Of a stretch of DNA of 64,000 nucleotides, positions 1-15,018 are shown one piece after another. Below the pieces are notes generated by a model that worked only from the letters and a program-made list of their open reading frames with translations, had not been told where the DNA came from and made no database searches. The stretch's first letter is position 1. The number at the start of each line of letters is the position of its first letter. The stretch is from Euprymna scolopes (taxonomy: Eukaryota): assembly GCA_053919585.1 (NCBI GenBank), contig CM132785.1; one strand, written 5' to 3'. The position numbers and the translations under genes are program-made.

Positions 1-344
1 CATAGATATTTTATTTGTATTAAAGAATAATAAACAACATCTATCAGAATATTTTATATCATAAGATGCAAGTCTGATACAAGTATGTTTCATATATTAT
101 ATACATTTATATAAGTGTTTACATTCGAATATAGCAATTATTTATGATTTTACATGAACAACTCTTAATAAATGAATTAATAGATATAAAGAAATTTTAC
201 TGCATTTAAACTCTATGATACATTTATTATTGTTGGGAAATATAGATATATCTTATATGATGTTAATGTTCTAAAATATTTATTTTATTTATTTACAATA
301 TCTGCATTTATTAAAGAGATTTGTATTCAAATGTATATTCTAAC

Positions 345-518
345 CTCCTTTTCCGCCTTCCAGTTTGAATAAGGCAACTCTCGACTTGTGGATATCAGCA
401 TCGAGTCCAGGAAGACCGAGACTGATGCTGTCTTTAATGGTCGCATCCAAAAGTTTCTTATCTTTTGCTTTCAATGCCGCTTTATGCCGTTTACGTAGAT
501 CGTCCACGGAAATTTCTC
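345..518 (-). CDS. exon, U1 class D repeat
   Basis: 174 nt, AG..GTTAG; GEISVDDLRKRHKAALKAKDKKLLDATIKDSISLGLPGLDADIHKSRVALFKLEGGKG. Confidence 0.9.
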
Positions 519-3500
519 CTAATAATTGAAAGTCGATTTATATGAAAATATAAAATTTTATATTTCGGATTTTTTAATAATTGTGTTTAAAATACAATGT
601 TTGCATAGTTACATATGAATTAAAATACTTTCTTATGTTTTTCTTATCGATGATATATCAGATAATAATAATAATAATCAACAATTATAAGTAAAACATT
701 AAAATATGAATATTAATATAACGAATTATTATCCATAAAGAGTTTCTTATTAGTTGGATTTTTACAATAAATAATCATCTTTTTAATCTGACCTCCATAT
801 CCGCCACTCAATTTGAAGAGTGCTTCCCGGGCATCACAGACATCGAATGCCAGTTCTGGATACTTGGCTTCCTCAGCAATATCAATAAGTTGTTCTAATT
901 TTGGTCGATCTTTGTTCTTCACAGCTAATCGCAGTTGGTCACGCAATATTTCTGGTGTCAAATCGTCCAAGGATATATCTATTCAAATTCAGATTACAAT
1001 AGTCAGCAAAATATTTCATATCGCTATGATAAAAATAATACGAATTATTGTATTGTTATTTATTGCATTATAATAATCTTTCTTCTCTTGTAATTATTGT
1101 ATCGGTCAGTTTATATATTTGTACATATCTTAAACTTGAAATTTATCCGTGTAGATTTGCATATATTTATCAATATGCTTTTATTAAGCATTCTACCCTA
1201 TACATAGATTTATGGTGAAATCAGAATAGAAAACAAATTTATGATTCTATGAATATGATGAAAACAATTAATCATTTGGAAATAGAATCAGTAATGAAAA
1301 TAATTGTATATGTATAAATATATCCATGTATATAAAAATAAAGAAGGTAGGAAATACGTAATGAATCATGCTGGCAATTATATTGCATTTAGTATTTAAT
1401 ATTTAAAATATAGTTTCTTTTAAAAAATATTAATATACTAAAATCGTGATTCGAACCTGTATCTCCATGTTTCTTACGGAACAGACTGAACTTTGGAAGC
1501 TTCATTTCAAATTGTGGAAACGACCATGATCCTGATAATCAAAACGGCAATAATAATCTCCTATAATTTTGTATAACTATATAAGAAAATAATGAAATGA
1601 TTATTTTTACAGTTAATCAATTACTGATGGGTTCCATTTTTTTTAATTTCGTAAATTGTAATCAACATGATATCAATGATTATTTAAATTACCTTGCCTT
1701 TCTGAGGTAAACAAATACGATATGATGATCATTAAAATAGGGTTTATATATTTACCCATTTAATTAAAATGTTATAATTAAAATTAATTTAAAAGTCTGT
1801 TTGTTATAGAATATATTATTTACATAAAATGAAAGGGTGCAGATGCAATATGATATACTTATCTAACCTTCAACATCTGCTTCCATTTTTGGAAGTGCTT
1901 CACGGGCCTCTTTCAGATCTACTTCAAGTTCTGGATATTGGGCTTCCTCGGCTTCCAAGATAAGCTTCTCAAGTGCAGGTCTATCGTTGTTCTTCATAGC
2001 TAATCGCATTTGATAACGTAGGTCTTCAGGGGGCATCAATTCGATTGAAACATCTATATAAAATCATTAGATTGTTGTAGTTTATATTAGAAACTAAATG
2101 ATATAATAATTATCTCTAAGAAAGTTTTAATATATATTATTACAATTATTCGTCTATAGAAATTGTATTTTAAATTTGATAGTATTAAACACATTGTTTT
2201 ATCATTTATGTAAGAATAATACATATATTTGTTAAAAGTATATTCTATAAATAATTTTCTTTAATGGCACTACAAATTAGTTATTTTTATTGTAATGTTG
2301 TTTAGATTAGCAAATGCATTACTTGTCAGTATATTATTTTATTTCTAGCAATATTTTGTTAATTAAAATAATATTTCTATATAACGTAACTTTTAATATT
2401 ATATCGGTTATGAATATGCAAAGAAAATCTGTATCTACTGAGATATAATTTAACAAAACATAGTGTATTATTTCACAGTAGAAAATATTTGATATTATAA
2501 TTGTTGTAATTTAGTTATGCTTCCTAGAAAAGTAAAATTTTGAAGTAGTGAAGCTTAACAATCTCGAAATTCTATTACAATATTTACAAAAAGTAGATAT
2601 ATGAAGTTCAAAATTATTTATATATTTATATATTCGGTATTGCTGATATTAATAGTCATTATTATAATTATAATTTATTCATGAGAAGCTAAAAGATAGC
2701 GAACCTTTATCTTTTTTCTTCTTAGAGAAGAGTCCAAAGCTGGGCATTTTGATATTGATGTCTGGGAACGACAAGGATCCTGATGATCAAAATATAATTT
2801 TTAAATAAACACACAAAAAGAATCTTATGCATTAAAGGCATCTTTGCATAACGAATAATTAATTCCATTTGCAATATTGACATATAAATAATATTATTAT
2901 TTACTATATTATCAATTAAATTTATCACTCACTTTGTTAAAATTAACTCCGAATCAATTAAGAATTTAATAAAAAATAAAAGCAACCAAAAAAATGGATA
3001 AGTTTAATGACCATTAGCAATGCTAACAGAATTCTACATAAGGAATACTATTTAATAAGGATATGGACTTTAAGATGGTCATATTTGTTGAACGTAATAA
3101 GTAATGTGATAAGAATTTCGAAAACTATTGAAGTAATTATACTTTAAAGTAATAAGTATTTCGGGTTTTGGCAGTTTGAGTATGTAAACTATTGAGACAA
3201 ACCTTTGCCGCTTTCTTCCAGGGTATCCAAACGTAATCTGGCTTCTTGGATATTTGGCATAAGTTCTGGGTGTCCGTAACTGACACATTCGTCAATCACT
3301 TTTGCCAGAAGATCTGGATCATTTTCCTTGATTGCACCCTTTAGTTTCAGTTTAAGTTCGTCTACACTCAGTTCTCCTAACAAACAAATAATAGCAATGA
3401 CAAAACTAATACTTCCCAAGGAGATATACGACAATTCTAGATATATGAAGTTAAGTCATATATGTATAATAATGCTATATTTTATTTAACTACGAATCGT

Positions 3501-4219
3501 AATCAAATTATGAACTCATGAAAAATAAATGTTAAACCATTGATAATTTAATAATTAACATGCATAATTTAAATGGTGTATGTTAAAATATATTAATGAA
3601 TTTTATGATAATTTTATGCTTAGATTTCAATATAAATTGATTACAGAAAAATCGATTTTAGCATTAACATATTGTTCCGCTTTCGTTATATATAAAAACA
3701 TTGTGTAATCATAAAAGTATATAAAGAGAATGAAAGGCATTTATGTATTTCAAAACTACTAACCTCCACGACCAAAACCCATGCCTTCTAGAGTGTCTCT
3801 AGCCAAGTTGAGATCGAGAGAAAGTTCCGGAAATCCGGCTTTCTCGCATTCAAGGATAGCTTTTTCCAATTGAGCTCGATCTTTGTTTTTGATCGCTGCC
3901 CTCAGTTTTCCACGATAAAATTCCGGGGTTTTCAGTTCTGATTAATGCAATTGATATTTACAATTATTTAGATGTGAATAAAACAACATTAGTAATTCAT
4001 TTTTTCTAAATATCGATCATTACTTAGTAATAAATAGCCATAAATGAATTGACACATATATTAATAACACTGCAAAATGCATGTGTTAAGTTAGCACGTA
4101 CGCTTGATTCGGACTATATTGTACTGTGAAACTGAACTAACCCTATTCGGGCTTAACCGGCTTCTTCCGAAGGAGGAAGTTCCATGGGAGTATGAAATTG
4201 AAGACAAGCGGTCCCCAGT

Positions 4220-4284
<65 letters not shown>

Positions 4285-6262
4285 ACGATGTTAGGTTTTT
4301 GCAACTCTTGAAGAGAAGTGCCCTCCTACGTGCAGCTCCTAGAATTCCAACATTGGTCACCCATTTTAGCAATGATCAACGTTGCTTAACTTTGTTGATT
4401 TGACGGAGACTGGTGTGTCAACGTGATAATGCCATATAACTAACTAAATAAATAAGCTATAAATTGAATCATTACCGATGCATCTCTATGTCACATTGTT
4501 TTAGTTAGATATTTCATTTAATTCGACTTTAAAAATAATATGGACGCTTCAAATAAATCTGCATTGAATTTATTTAAATTTTTAAAAAATTACGAAGGAA
4601 ACACGTTAAAATATTTTTCTCTCTAAATTTCTACTTAAATATATATTTTGTTCGCATAAAAATAACTTATGAGCAATTAAATTGTGTACAGGTACGTAAG
4701 GTAGAGTTTCGTGCTGATTGCTTCTTGTAGATGCTGTCAATTAGTGCCCAGAAACTATAATCGGATATATATTAGTAGAGTAACCAACTTAGCTTTAAAT
4801 GAAAATAATAAACATTACATAATTTAATAGAAATGATCAACTCATATTGTATATACAGAAAAAGAATGAAATAGTGATATGAGTAGTTAAAATCAAATCA
4901 GGATTCGAATTCAACAAAAAGTATGTTTATATACAAAAATGCATAACGGAATCATCCCACTATGAATCTAAAATTTTATAAGTGGGATTGGTAAAATTTA
5001 CGTCCGGTTTTGTATCATATGGATATATCAATATCTGTTGATTTATTATGATAATTAAATTTATACTGTTTTTATAAATATAATGTAGGCATAAGATCAC
5101 TATTACAACAGGATAATATAAGATTGAAATATTTAAAAGCGACTTACATTATCAGCAGAGTATCAAACCATTTATAATGTAAACCAATTACAAATTAACG
5201 TTATTGCATCCATAAATACATTGAATATTTCCATTGTTATATCGATACATGCAATTACATCTTATATCATGTAAACGTTAAATTTAATATAAGCATTAAA
5301 ACTTTTAGAGAGATATTCATTCAAATATGGATTCTAACCTCCTTTTCCGCCTTCCAGTTTGAATAATGCAATTCGGGACTTGTGGATATCAGCATCGAGT
5401 CCAGGAAGACCAAGACTGATGCTGTCTCTAATGGTTGCATCCAAAAGTTTCTTATCTTTTGCTTTCAATGCTGCTTTATGCCGTTTACGTAGGTCGTCCA
5501 CAGAAATATCTCCTAATAATTGAAAGTTAATTTATTTAAGAATATGAAATAAAATAAATAATTAAAATCGATTCTTTTCCAAATAAATTACTGATATAAT
5601 AGTATATTTGATGTAATTAATTAGAACTTTATTAGATGCAACAATTAAATTAAAGAATGGATCGTTTTAACAAATAATTGTATATTTTAAAGTATTTATG
5701 TAAATTTTAGATAATTTTAATATCTTACAATTTACATTAAATAATCATTTTGAAGCTAACCTCCATATCCGCCACTCAATTTGAAGAGTGCTTCCCGTGC
5801 TTCGCAGAGATCGAACGCCAATTCTGGATACTTAGCTTCCTCAGCAATGTCAATAAGTTGTTCTAATTTCGATCGATCGTTGTTTTTCACAGCTAAGCGT
5901 AGTTGATCACGCAATGTTTCTGGTGTCAGATCGTCCAGAGATATGTCTAATCAAAATCAGATTATAAATGTCAAAAGTATTTTATATCTACACAATAGAT
6001 AAATTAAGAGTATCGCTGTATATTCGTTAAAATTAAAATAACATGTACATGGTATTTCGTAATTATTTAAGTTTGTAGTTTTTTTTATATTAGAATTAGA
6101 AAATTTATCTTTGTAGATTTAAACATTTAAAATATATTAATGTCATGTCTATGCAGTTTCTGCTTAAGAAATGATTTTTGTTATTTTATGAATGCAAAAT
6201 ATAAAGTAACATAAAGAAATATTTATTTGAAATATATAAATTGACGAACTAAGTAATTACTT

Positions 6263-6303
<41 letters not shown>

Positions 6304-9300
6304 TTAATCTTGTATATATTCATATTACTATTTTTTATTTAATATTCATAAAATAGTCGATTTTATTCTTATGTTAAATAAATTTATCAATAAACTGATG
6401 CGAACCTGTGTCTCCATATTTCTTACGGAACAGACTGAACTTTGGAAGTTTCATTCCGAATTTAGGAAACGACCATGATCCTGATAATCAAAATGTAATA
6501 ATATTATACAATAATAGATGTTATTCTGCTAAAACGATTATTTTTTAAAACATTTTTGTGATTTTCTTAAAATAATAGACTGGTTAATTTGTTAATATAA
6601 TGATTATCAGAGATGAGTTTTCATTTCTTTACTATTAATAAATCAGAAAATAGATTGTATGATAATGATTGTAGTTTACTTAATGTGCATAGTCATTAAA
6701 TTTTAAGGTAGATAAAAACGACATAATGATGATTAGAGAGTGTTAACCAATTGAATAATTTAATACAAAAAACTACTTTAAATCAAAGAAACGGGCTACA
6801 TGAGAATATAAATCTAATGAAATGTAACGATGAAAACGCAGTATGATAAACTTATCTAACCTTCAACATCTGCTTCCATTTTTGGAAGTGCGGCACGGGC
6901 TTCTTTCAGATCAAGTTCAAGTTCTGGATATTGGGCTCTCTCAGCTTCCAAAATAAGCTTCTCAAGTGCAGGTCTATCATTGTTCTCCATAGCTAACTGC
7001 ATTTGGTAGCGTAGGTCTTCAGGGGACATCAATTCGATTGTAACATCTACATAAAATCATTAGGTTTTTGTAATTTTATATTAAGAATTATAGGAACTAC
7101 ATATTTGTATATTTAAAAAGCCAGCAATAGCAGAGTATTGTATAAATCAAAAGATTTTATATTATTGTTAAGTTAATATGAGACTACAATCAATATTTTA
7201 GTTGATGAGAACTGCTTTAAAGTGGATCCTTTTTTTTTTTCTTCTTTTGGTGATCTTATCATTGTCAAAATAAAATCTTTGCGGATAGACCTTTAGCAAA
7301 CATTAATAAGCATTCGATGATATAAAATAGAAATCATTGAATTCTTTAGTGATGATTTTAGCTATGAGACTAACATTTCTTATTAAAATGATGATAGTAA
7401 ACTTCAAAATAGCGAACCTTTATCTTTCTTCTTCTTTGAAAAGAGTCCAAAGCTGGGCATTTTGATGTCCAGGTCAGGGAGCGATATGGATCCTACTAAC
7501 CAAAATCAAATAAAGTTTAAGAAATACCAAAGAAGATATAACTGACAGATGGCAGACACTAACTTTGTAATAAGAGGGTAATTTCTTTTCAGGTAATTAA
7601 AAATTTTCAGGAATTACTTATCTTTTTATATTAAAATGAATTAAGGTTCTTAGATTATTGTAACTTATGTACCATTATATTAAGTGCACTTTATTAAGAA
7701 ATAATTAATTTATACAACTTAACAAATTAAATATAAATAAATAATCCGTCCATAAAAAAAATATAATGAGAATTTGGTAAAATGAGTAAAGAATTATAAT
7801 TAATAGAGAAAAGAATAGAATTTTTTTAACGTTTCATGTTAGTTAATCTTAAAAGATCATATCATATCATAATTTATAACGATAACAATTTGGAGCTTTA
7901 CCGTAGCTACTAGACGTGAATGATCGTTACAAACCTTTGCCACTTTGTTCCAAACCATCCAGATGTAATCTGGCTTCTTGGATAGCTGGCATGAGTTCTG
8001 GGTGTCCGTAACTGACACATTCGTCTATTACTTTCGCCAAAAACTCTGGATCGTTTTTCTTTATTGCACCCTTCAATTTCAGCTTTAGTTCGTCTACACT
8101 CAATTTTCCTGGCAAGCAAGTAATATTACATATTTATATTTTATATTTTTCAGCATTAGAGTGATTTAAAGTAGGTTATAGAAACGATAGGGATCATTTA
8201 CGGTATTGAAAAACGGCAGTCATTACATTAATGAAATAATTTAAAATACTCGACAGCATTTAGCGACTCAGATGAATGCAATTATTTGTATAATGTATGT
8301 TAATTGCTTCATGTTTTTGAAGTAATATAGATATATTTGATGATGCCTATTACGATCTATTGATGAATATAATGATTGCATGATAATGACAATTCTGCAA
8401 TAAAAATCAATGTAAGTTTGTTTACAATAAGAACAGTTATAGTTAAATAATTTGTTACAAATCGATACTCTTTTTATTCAATTAAAACGATAATTTGATA
8501 TTGATGATACAAAAAATGCAAGTATCGATTTAGATAAACGAAAAAGAGTGCAGCTAACCAGTATTCTAAGTGAGTTTGACAAGGAAATTCATTATAAATT
8601 TTGAAAATACTAACCTCCGCGACCAAAGCCCATACCGTCTAGTGTACCTCTGGCTAAATTGAGATCGAGCGCGAGTTCCGGGAATCCGGCTTCTTCGCAT
8701 TCAATGATGGCCTTTTCCAATTGAAGTTTGTCTTTGTTTTTGATTGCTGTCCTCAATTGACCACGAAGAAATTCCGGTGTTTTAAGATCTGATTAATGTA
8801 ATTAAGATCATGATTCTAAAATGTTACAATGAATTATAAGATTATTTTGATGTTTAATCATTTCGAGAATTGAATTTACATCGATGTATATTTTATATGG
8901 ATTTAAAAGTAATTCATATTATAATATTCAAAAACAGTCTTTATCTATAAATTGTTACATTTGTAAAAAGAAAATTATGATTGACGTTTTTTATAATCAT
9001 ATGTAAGACCTCTTAAAATGTTAATGAAATTATGTTATGAAGAGCTTTACAACTTAATCATAAAGTGAAATAATCATGAATCATAATTTATGTTGGGAAC
9101 CTTCGGTCGATATATAATGATTACTCCATAAGATCAATATTTCAATTATTATATTAAGTCAATAATAACGAAATAGTTTAAGCATATAGGATTTGTATTC
9201 AAAAGTGTATTCTAACCTCCTTTTCCGCCTTCCAATTTGAATAAGGCAACTCGAGACTTGTGGATATCAGCGTCGAGTCCGGGAAGACCCAGGCTAATGC

Positions 9301-11447
9301 TGTCTTTAATGGTGGTATCTAAAAGTTTCTTATCTTTAGCTTTCAATGCTGCTTCATGCCGCTCACGCAAATCGTCCAGGGAAATTTCCCCTAATAATTG
9401 AAAGTCAATATATTTTTAAAATCTCATATGAAATATCCTTTTAAATCATTTTAATAAATTTGACAACTAATTATTGTGAAAATAATGTATTTAATTAAAA
9501 TGATATTAGAGATATTGTTTTTTCATGGTCAAATTATGGTAAATAAAAGGCATAATTAAAGTAGTAAAATATGACAATAAGCGTAAGAGAGTACTATCAT
9601 TACAGCATAATATTTGCGTAATGCATTATATAATTATTTTTTAATTCTAACCTCCATATCCGCCGCCCAATTTGAAGAGTGCTTCACGGGCCTCACAAAG
9701 ATCGAACGCCAGTTCTGGATACTTGGCTTCCTCAGCAATGTCAATAAGTTGTTCTAATTTCGGTCGGTCGTTGTTCTTCACAGCTAAACGCAGTTGGTCA
9801 CGCAATATTTCTGGTGTCAAATCATCCAAAGATATATCTATTCAAAATCAGATTTTAATCGTAAATCATATTTCATAACGCCATGATGAAAATAATAATA
9901 AAGATCCTCATTTAAATTATTTATTGCTGGCTTATTATATGATCCTCATTTATTGTTTATTTCTGGCGGTTAATATGTATGTTTGTATATAGTTGAATTA
10001 CGATTGATATCTATTGTAGATGTGAACAGTGTTAATATTTAAATATAATTTATACAATTATCTTTATTTTAAATCTAAGGATAATTTATTATTCTGCGAA
10101 TAGTATTTTAAAATGTGAATCCTTGATAGATTTAAATATTTAAGCAGAATAATTATATGCATTTTTATATTAATATGTACATATATACAATGTATTTTAC
10201 AATTCATGCAAAAATATTAAATTAATGGATTCTGTACATATATCTTTATATATTTTATATATGATATTAAAACATTGTCATCTCGATATTAATAGAAAAA
10301 ATGTATCCGCAAATAAAAAAAATGATGCAAACCTGTGTCTCCATATTTCTTACGGAACAGACCGAATTTTGGAAGTTTCATTTCGAATTTTGGAAACGAC
10401 CATGATCCTGATAATCAAGATGCAATTAATGTTAGATAATAATAGATTAGTTATTTGTTTTCATGATAATATAAGAAATAAAGAAAGCTGTTTATTTGCA
10501 TGGGTAGAAAAGAGGTTTATTTATTATTAATGAATTTAAAAATAATTTCATATTTTCTATGAAGAAATTTTACCTCATATATGAGTGATTGTTATTTAAA
10601 TAACTTTACATTCGTGTGGTAAACTAAGATAATATAATGATAATGAAATGGCGTTGGTAAATTTACACATTTAATAAAAAGGAATGAATTTAAATTGATT
10701 TCAGTATGAGGATGCTATAAAATATGTAATTCATATATATTATAGGAATTGGTGCAAACGTGATATGATATACTTGTCTAACCTTCAACGTCTGCTTCCA
10801 TTCTTGGAAGTGCTTCACGAGCCTCTTTCAGATCTACTTCAAGTTCTGGATATGCAGCTTTCTCAGCTTCCAAGATAAGCTTCTCAAGTGCAGGTCTATC
10901 ATTGTTCTTCATAGCTAACCGCATTTGGGCGCGTAAGTCTTCGGGGGACATCAATTCGATTGAGACATCTATATAAAATTACCAGGTTTTTGTACTTTAA
11001 TATTAGAAACTGAATGATGCAAGTTAACTATTTAAAACTATGTGTTCTAGGTAATATTATTAATGTAGGTATATGACATAGGTTTATTATTTGTGAGTAA
11101 CTATTTTCATGTGTTATATTATAGTGTTTCTTAGTTTTAATTATTTTTATTAATAAGTAAGAGAGTAACTATTTTTAAATTATGTTTGTTTATGTCCATA
11201 TTAGCATATCGCTATTTTATAAACATTAAACCTGGATATGCATTGATAGATTGCTTATATAAAAACTATTAATCATGTTCGAATAATGAATATTGTTTGT
11301 AGATATATTTAACAAGTAACCTCAGTTTCCCAAATAAATAACTTATTTCTCCCTTACTCTCGTTCTCATGAATGTAATTTCGTTTCACTTCTATCCATTT
11401 TATCATATTATTTTTTGCTATAGTAAGACTTCTGAATTGATTATCGC

Positions 11448-11500
<53 letters not shown>

Positions 11501-14500
11501 TAACTTGCATATTAATGTAATAGATTATATATTGCATTGATATAGGAACAGTAATAATGGCTATCGTTTGAAATATTTAATTTCAGTTGCAATAGGTCTT
11601 CTTTACAATATGTCAAAGGTATTAATATGCTACTTAAGCTTCGGAGATAAATGTTTGATTTTAATAATATATTATATTCATACAAAATTTATAATAGCGA
11701 ACCTTTGTCTTTTTTCTTCTTTGAGAAGAGTCCAAAGCTGGGCATTTTGATATTAATATCTGGGAACGACAAGGACCCTAGTAACCAAAATAATAATCAT
11801 TTTAGAAAAACACAAAAGCAAATACGACTGACACATGACATGTATTTTTTAAACTTGAAACCATTAATTTATTGAAATATATTAAAACATGTCCATGTTC
11901 TATTATATAATGAACGTCAATAATTTATAAATCCTGCCCAATTAAATTTTTATGAAGGTAAAATTTAAACTGATACAATTTGAGAAAAACGAGTGTTCTG
12001 TATAACTGTAATCAAGATCTAGTAAATAACGAAGTATTTATACTTTAAAACGAGAAGAATTTTTAACTTTTTAGTGGATATAAATGATCGAAACAAGTAT
12101 TCAAAGAAAGTATGCAAAAAGTGTTTACAGTTATTCAAGTTAATATATGTGAATGATCGACACAAACCTCTGCCACTTTCTTCCAGAGTATCCAGATGTA
12201 ATCTGGCTTCTTGTATTGTTGGCATAAGTTCTGGGTGTCCGTAACTGACACATTCGTCAATCACTTTCGCCAAAAGCTCGGGATCGTTTTCCTTGATTGC
12301 ACCCTTTAGTTTCAGTTTAAGATCATCTACACTCAATTTTCCTGGCAAGCAAATAATATCAATGAAAATTAAATGAGGACGGTTTCCACGACAAGCTATT
12401 TACGAAAAAGTATATCGATTAAGTGGTGAATAGAGAGATTATTAGAATGGAATGTTATTGTATAATTTTAAAACGAGTAGAAGGACAATTATTTTTACAT
12501 AAATAATGCTTTTATGTAAAATATTAGAATTTACCCAGTGATATATTTTATACTACGATATACTAACGAATCATTATGATGTATATAATGATATTAATAT
12601 ATTAGTATTTGAATACAAATTGGATTTATAAACAATCCATTTAGCACAAATCTAAATACTTATCACTGATTTTTTAGACATCGAGACTTTTAAAGAGGAA
12701 GGATTAAAATATAATATACGATAAAGAAACAACGATAACAGTGTTCAGGATAATTTTATCAGGTTTTTAATTACACAAATAATCCATCTAAACTTTGAAA
12801 ATACTAACCTCCACGACCAAAGCCCATACCGTCTAATGTGTCTCTAGCCAAATTTAGATCGAGGGCGAGTTCCGGAAATTCGGCTTCCTCGCATTCAACA
12901 ATGGCCTTTTCCAATTGAAGTTTGTCTTTGTTATTGATTGCTGCTCTCAGTTGGCCACGAAGAAAGTCCGGTGTTTTAAGATCTGATCAATGTAATTAAT
13001 TAGCAATTAAAAATCGACAGTAGTAACATAATCTAAGTTTATTTTAGATATATTACAGACTGAAATGTCAATTGATGAATATTTAAGAAAAATGCACGAA
13101 ATTAGCGAAATAATTTATCTCGTGAGATGCAGGATGCTATATTGTTTATATTAGATTTCCAGAATCCAGATTGATATTTTGGTTAGTTGTTGTTCACATT
13201 TGTAATAATATATTGAGATTCTTAATAAATAAATTTAATTATATGAGGCAGAAATGAACGGAGTTCATTAATTATAATCTCAGACTTAATTAATTAATAT
13301 TAATTAAATATAAAGTGATCAATGATAAATAAACAACTTCTGTCAATAAATATGTTAAGTATTATTTGTTATTATGTAAATAGATATGTAATCTTATAAT
13401 ATTTATATAAATGATTCTTATGTAATAAGAGAAGTTTACTATGATATTTAGATCATTAAGTGACGTTTTTATTCAAATACGTATTCTAACCTCCTTTTCT
13501 GCCATCCAGTTTGAATAAGGCAACTCTCGACTTGTGAATATCAGCATCGAGTCCAGGAAGACCAAGACTGATGCTGTCTCTAATGGTTGCATCCAAAAGT
13601 TTCTTATCTTTTGCTTTCAATGCTGCTTTGTGCTGTTTACGCAGGTCGTCCACAGAAATATCTCCTAATAATTGAAATTAAGTTTATTTAATAATACGAA
13701 AACAAATATTCATTTCTTTACTTACATTCATCGGTTGTTAATATTTAAATATTGAGAAATTATGCATTTAATTAAAATAGCTTTATTATCAGATTGATGA
13801 AATAATCGTCTTTTAAACAAAGATGATTAAACATGTTCACGTATAAAATGAAGTATTATCATTACAATATAATTTAAACGTAATAATATCTATACTTATA
13901 TAAGAATTATATTTCATCTAACCTCCATATCCTCCACCCAATTTGAAGAGTGCTTCGCGGGCATCACAAAGATCGAACGCCAGTTCTGGATACTTAGCTT
14001 CCTCAGCAATGTCAATAAGTTGTTCTAATTTCGGTCGATCGTTGTTCTTTATAGCTAAGCGTAGTTGATCACGCAATGCTTCTGGTGTCAAGTCGTCCAG
14101 GGATATATCTGTTTAAAAGCAGGTTTTAATAGTAAGAAACATATTTAATATTTTCACGGTAAATATGCTACGGATTATCGTAGTATATTCATTAAACGGC
14201 TTTTAAATGTGTTTATCTGTCATTGTTTTTATAGTTGGTTGTATTTTTATATACGTTTGTACTTATATTTGAATTAGAATTTTATATTTTGTAGATTTAC
14301 CATTTAAATATNNNNNNNNNNNNNNNNNNNNNNNNNNNNNNNNNNNNNNNNNNNNNNNNNNNNNNNNNNNNNNNNNNNNNNNNNNNNNNNNNNNNNNNNN
14401 NNNNNNNNNNNNNNNNNNNNNNNNNNNNNNNNNNNNNNNNNNGAAGTAATGAATATTTTATTGACTTTATTCTGAATTAATACTTAGTATCAATAGTATA

Positions 14501-14952
14501 ATTTTCTTAAGATTTATTTGAAATAAATAAAGTGACGCGAACCTGTTTCCCCATGTTTTTGGCGGAACAAACTGAACTTTGGAAGTTTCATTCCGAATTG
14601 TGGAAACGACCATGATCCTGATAATAAAAATTTAATATTTTTACACAGTAATATGATTGATATTACTACTAATCAATTCACTGTAAACATTTTCGTGATT
14701 ATCTTAAACACAAACAAATTTAACCAGTTTAATGCCTTGTGTAAGTACCGTTATTTTTACTTTTACTCAATTAAAATAGTCTAGATATTATTATGAATGA
14801 TGTTTCTACCTGATATAAATTGTTGATTATTAGTTAAATTACATTGGTATTCATGTGAAATAGACAATAGCCATAGTGTGATTATCAAATGATTTTAATA
14901 GATTTACATGTTACATTAAATCGTAATATGTCGAATTAAATTAAAATTACGT

Positions 14953-15018
<66 letters not shown>

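Noticed and set aside
4091-4403. ORFs containing YIYIYI runs (also 52075-52390, 56962-57312, 60781-61020)
   Set aside because: These are translations of (TA)n microsatellites and SINE sequence.
9647-9660. C-terminal Gly-Gly suggesting ubiquitin-like or sulfur-carrier modifiers
   Set aside because: The domain pattern is all-helical rather than beta-grasp, and the GG* end arises only on read-through of the donor. Nothing in the window indicates conjugation machinery.
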